The notes under the pieces were generated by a model. That model did not search any database. It saw only the letters and a list, made by a program, of their open reading frames with translations, and had not been told where the DNA came from. From a virus: a stretch of 11,121 nucleotides of DNA. The stretch lies in UHGV virus genome UHGV-0151769; one strand, written 5' to 3'. Position 1 is the first letter of the stretch, and every line of letters starts with the position of its first letter. Below are positions 6,637 through 11,121 of this stretch, piece by piece. The translations under genes and the position numbers were made by a program.

Positions 6637-6888
6637 TTATCGGTTTTGGCTACGCAGCATAGTACAAAACGGACAGGTGCATCCCGGGACGGGGGAGGCG
6701 TCACATGTCCCTGTGATGGTTGTTCCGGGTAATGCACTGTGTGGGGCATAAAAATGTCCGATAATTTTACTTTCTACCGCAGTTAGTTGATTCGTTGGTC
6801 CTGGTAGCACATTGGGCGAGGATTTAAATGCCAGGCAACTGAAGGATGATGTTGCAAGGGAGATAGCGAGAATATTTCTGATTTTCAT
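6637..6888 (-). CDS. Hypothetical small secreted, Cys-rich protein (83 aa)
   Basis: Leftward ORF with GAGG 9 nt upstream of the ATG. Signal-peptide-like N-terminus (MKIRNILAISLATSSFSCLA). Overlaps the next leftward ORF frame out of phase; may be one arm of a frameshifted gene. Confidence 0.3.
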   Translation of the reverse strand: MKIRNILAISLATSSFSCLAFKSSPNVLPGPTNQLTAVESKIIGHFYAPHSALPGTTITGTCDASPVPGCTCPFCTMLRSQNR

Positions 6889-7036
6889 TTGATGATGCCT
6901 CTGTGTGAAATGACGGTAAACGACGCACTTGTGCCGGCACATAATAGCAAGCACCATAATAGATCAGATTCGATTCTTGCTGTAAGTGATAATCATTCTC
7001 GTTTTCGGGTCCTTTCCGTCGATCCAACAGGTTACG

Positions 7037-7048
7037 GGGCGGCGACCT
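7037..7048. other. cosN: lambda-type 12-nt cohesive-end sequence
   Basis: Exact string GGGCGGCGACCT, preceded by ACAGGTTACG (lambda right end) and followed by CGCGGGTTTTCGCTATTTATGAAAATTTTCCGG (lambda left end), all as I recall the lambda termini. Confidence 0.9.
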
Positions 7049-7225
7049 CGCGGGTTTTCGCTATTTATGAAAATTTTCCGGTTTAAGGCGTTTCCGTTCT
7101 TCTTCGTCATAACTTAATGTTTTTATTTAAAATACCCTCTGAAAAGAAAGGAAACGACAGGTGCTGAAAACGAGCTTTTGGGCCTCTGTCGTTTCCTTTC
7201 TCTGTTTTTGGCCGTGGAATGAACA
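7049..7225 (+). promoter_or_regulatory. cosB region (terminase small-subunit binding sites and IHF site) between cosN and Nu1
   Basis: Sequence matches the lambda left-end leader as I recall it. It contains the inverted pair AAAGGAAACGACAG (7147-7160) and CTGTCGTTTCCTTT (7186-7199), consistent with R-element repeats. Individual R1/R2/R3/I1 boundaries are not assigned. Confidence 0.7.
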
Positions 7226-7745
7226 ATGGAAGTCAACAAAAAGCAGCTGGCTGACATTTTCGGTGCGAGTATCCGTACCATTCAGAACTGGCAGGAACAG
7301 GGAATGCCCGTTCTGCGAGGCGGTGGCAAGGGTAATGAGGTGCTTTATGACTCTGCCGCCGTTATAAGATGGTATGCCGAAAGGGATGCTGAAATTGAGA
7401 ACGAAAAGCTGCGCCGGGAAGTTGAAGAACTGCGGCAGGCCAGCGAGACAGATCTCCAGCCAGGGACTATTGAGTACGAACGCCACCGACTTACGCGTGC
7501 ACAGGCCGACGCACAGGAGCTGAAAAATGCCAGAGACTCCGCTGAAGTGGTGGAAACCGCATTCTGTACTTTCGTGCTGTCGCGGATCGCAGGTGAAATT
7601 GCCAGTATTCTCGACGGGATCCCCCTGTCGGTGCAGCGGCGTTTTCCGGAACTGGAAAACCGACATGTTGATTTCCTGAAACGGGATATCATCAAAGCCA
7701 TGAACAAAGCAGCCGCGCTGGATGAACTGATACCGGGGTTGCTGA

Positions 7746-7771
<26 letters not shown>
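7226..7771 (+). CDS. Nu1: Terminase small subunit gpNu1
   Basis: 181 aa, MEVNKKQLADIFGASIRTIQNWQEQGMPVLRGGGKGNEVLYDSAAV..., essentially the lambda Nu1 sequence including the N-terminal winged-HTH. Sits immediately downstream of cos and overlaps the A start. Confidence 0.95.
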
Positions 7772-11023
<3,252 letters not shown>

Positions 11024-11121
11024 GGCACTGTTGCAAATAGTCGGTGGTGATAAACTTATCATCCCTTTTTGCTGATGGAGCTGCACATGAACCCATTCAA
11101 AGGCCGGCATTTTCAGCGTGA
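11024..11121 (+). mobile_element. IS26-like (IS6 family) insertion sequence, left end only; continues beyond the window
   Basis: The 14-bp terminal inverted repeat GGCACTGTTGCAAA at 11024-11037 is followed by TAGTCGGTGGTGATAAACTTATCATCCC...GCTGATGGAGCTGCAC and the transposase start, which is the IS26 left end as I recall it. One base in the CCCTTTTT run may differ from my memory of the canonical copy. Confidence 0.85.
11087..11121 (+). CDS. tnpA: IS26-type transposase (Tnp26, DDE), 5' fragment only
   Basis: ATG at 11087 translating to MNPFKGRHFQR..., the known N-terminus of the IS26 transposase. Truncated by the window end. Confidence 0.8.
   Translation, partial: MNPFKGRHFQR

Noticed and set aside
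6889-7086. 65-aa + strand ORF running across cosQ and cosN.
   Set aside because: It spans the cos site, which in lambda is non-coding, and has no RBS.

Overview
This window is the late-gene region of a mosaic lambdoid prophage of an enterobacterial (E. coli-like) host, read rightward on the + strand. Bases 1-51 are an Illumina TruSeq adapter fragment, not biology. In order the window holds: a large NanS-p-type sialate O-acetylesterase gene (402-2363); small hypothetical ORFs; a phage-21-type lysis cassette (pinholin 3042-3257, SAR endolysin 4148-4681, nested Rz/Rz1 spanins 5163-5636); a TonB-C-domain lipoprotein gene (5947-6273); a short leftward-oriented ORF island (6396-6888); a lambda-type cos site (cosN 7037-7048); and lambda-like packaging/head genes Nu1, A, W and B. 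B is cut at 11023/11024 by the left end of an IS26-like element that runs off the window. The lysis cassette is interrupted by unrecognised cargo: an AT-rich two-ORF insertion between holin and endolysin (3262-4111, with a 35-nt out-of-frame overlap) and two small membrane-protein ORFs between endolysin and Rz. These, with the TonB-C lipoprotein and the leftward island, are the best candidates for undescribed accessory functions. All homology calls rest on recognising motifs and remembered protein sequences; no search or computation was run. No rRNA, tRNA, CRISPR array or stx sequence was seen.
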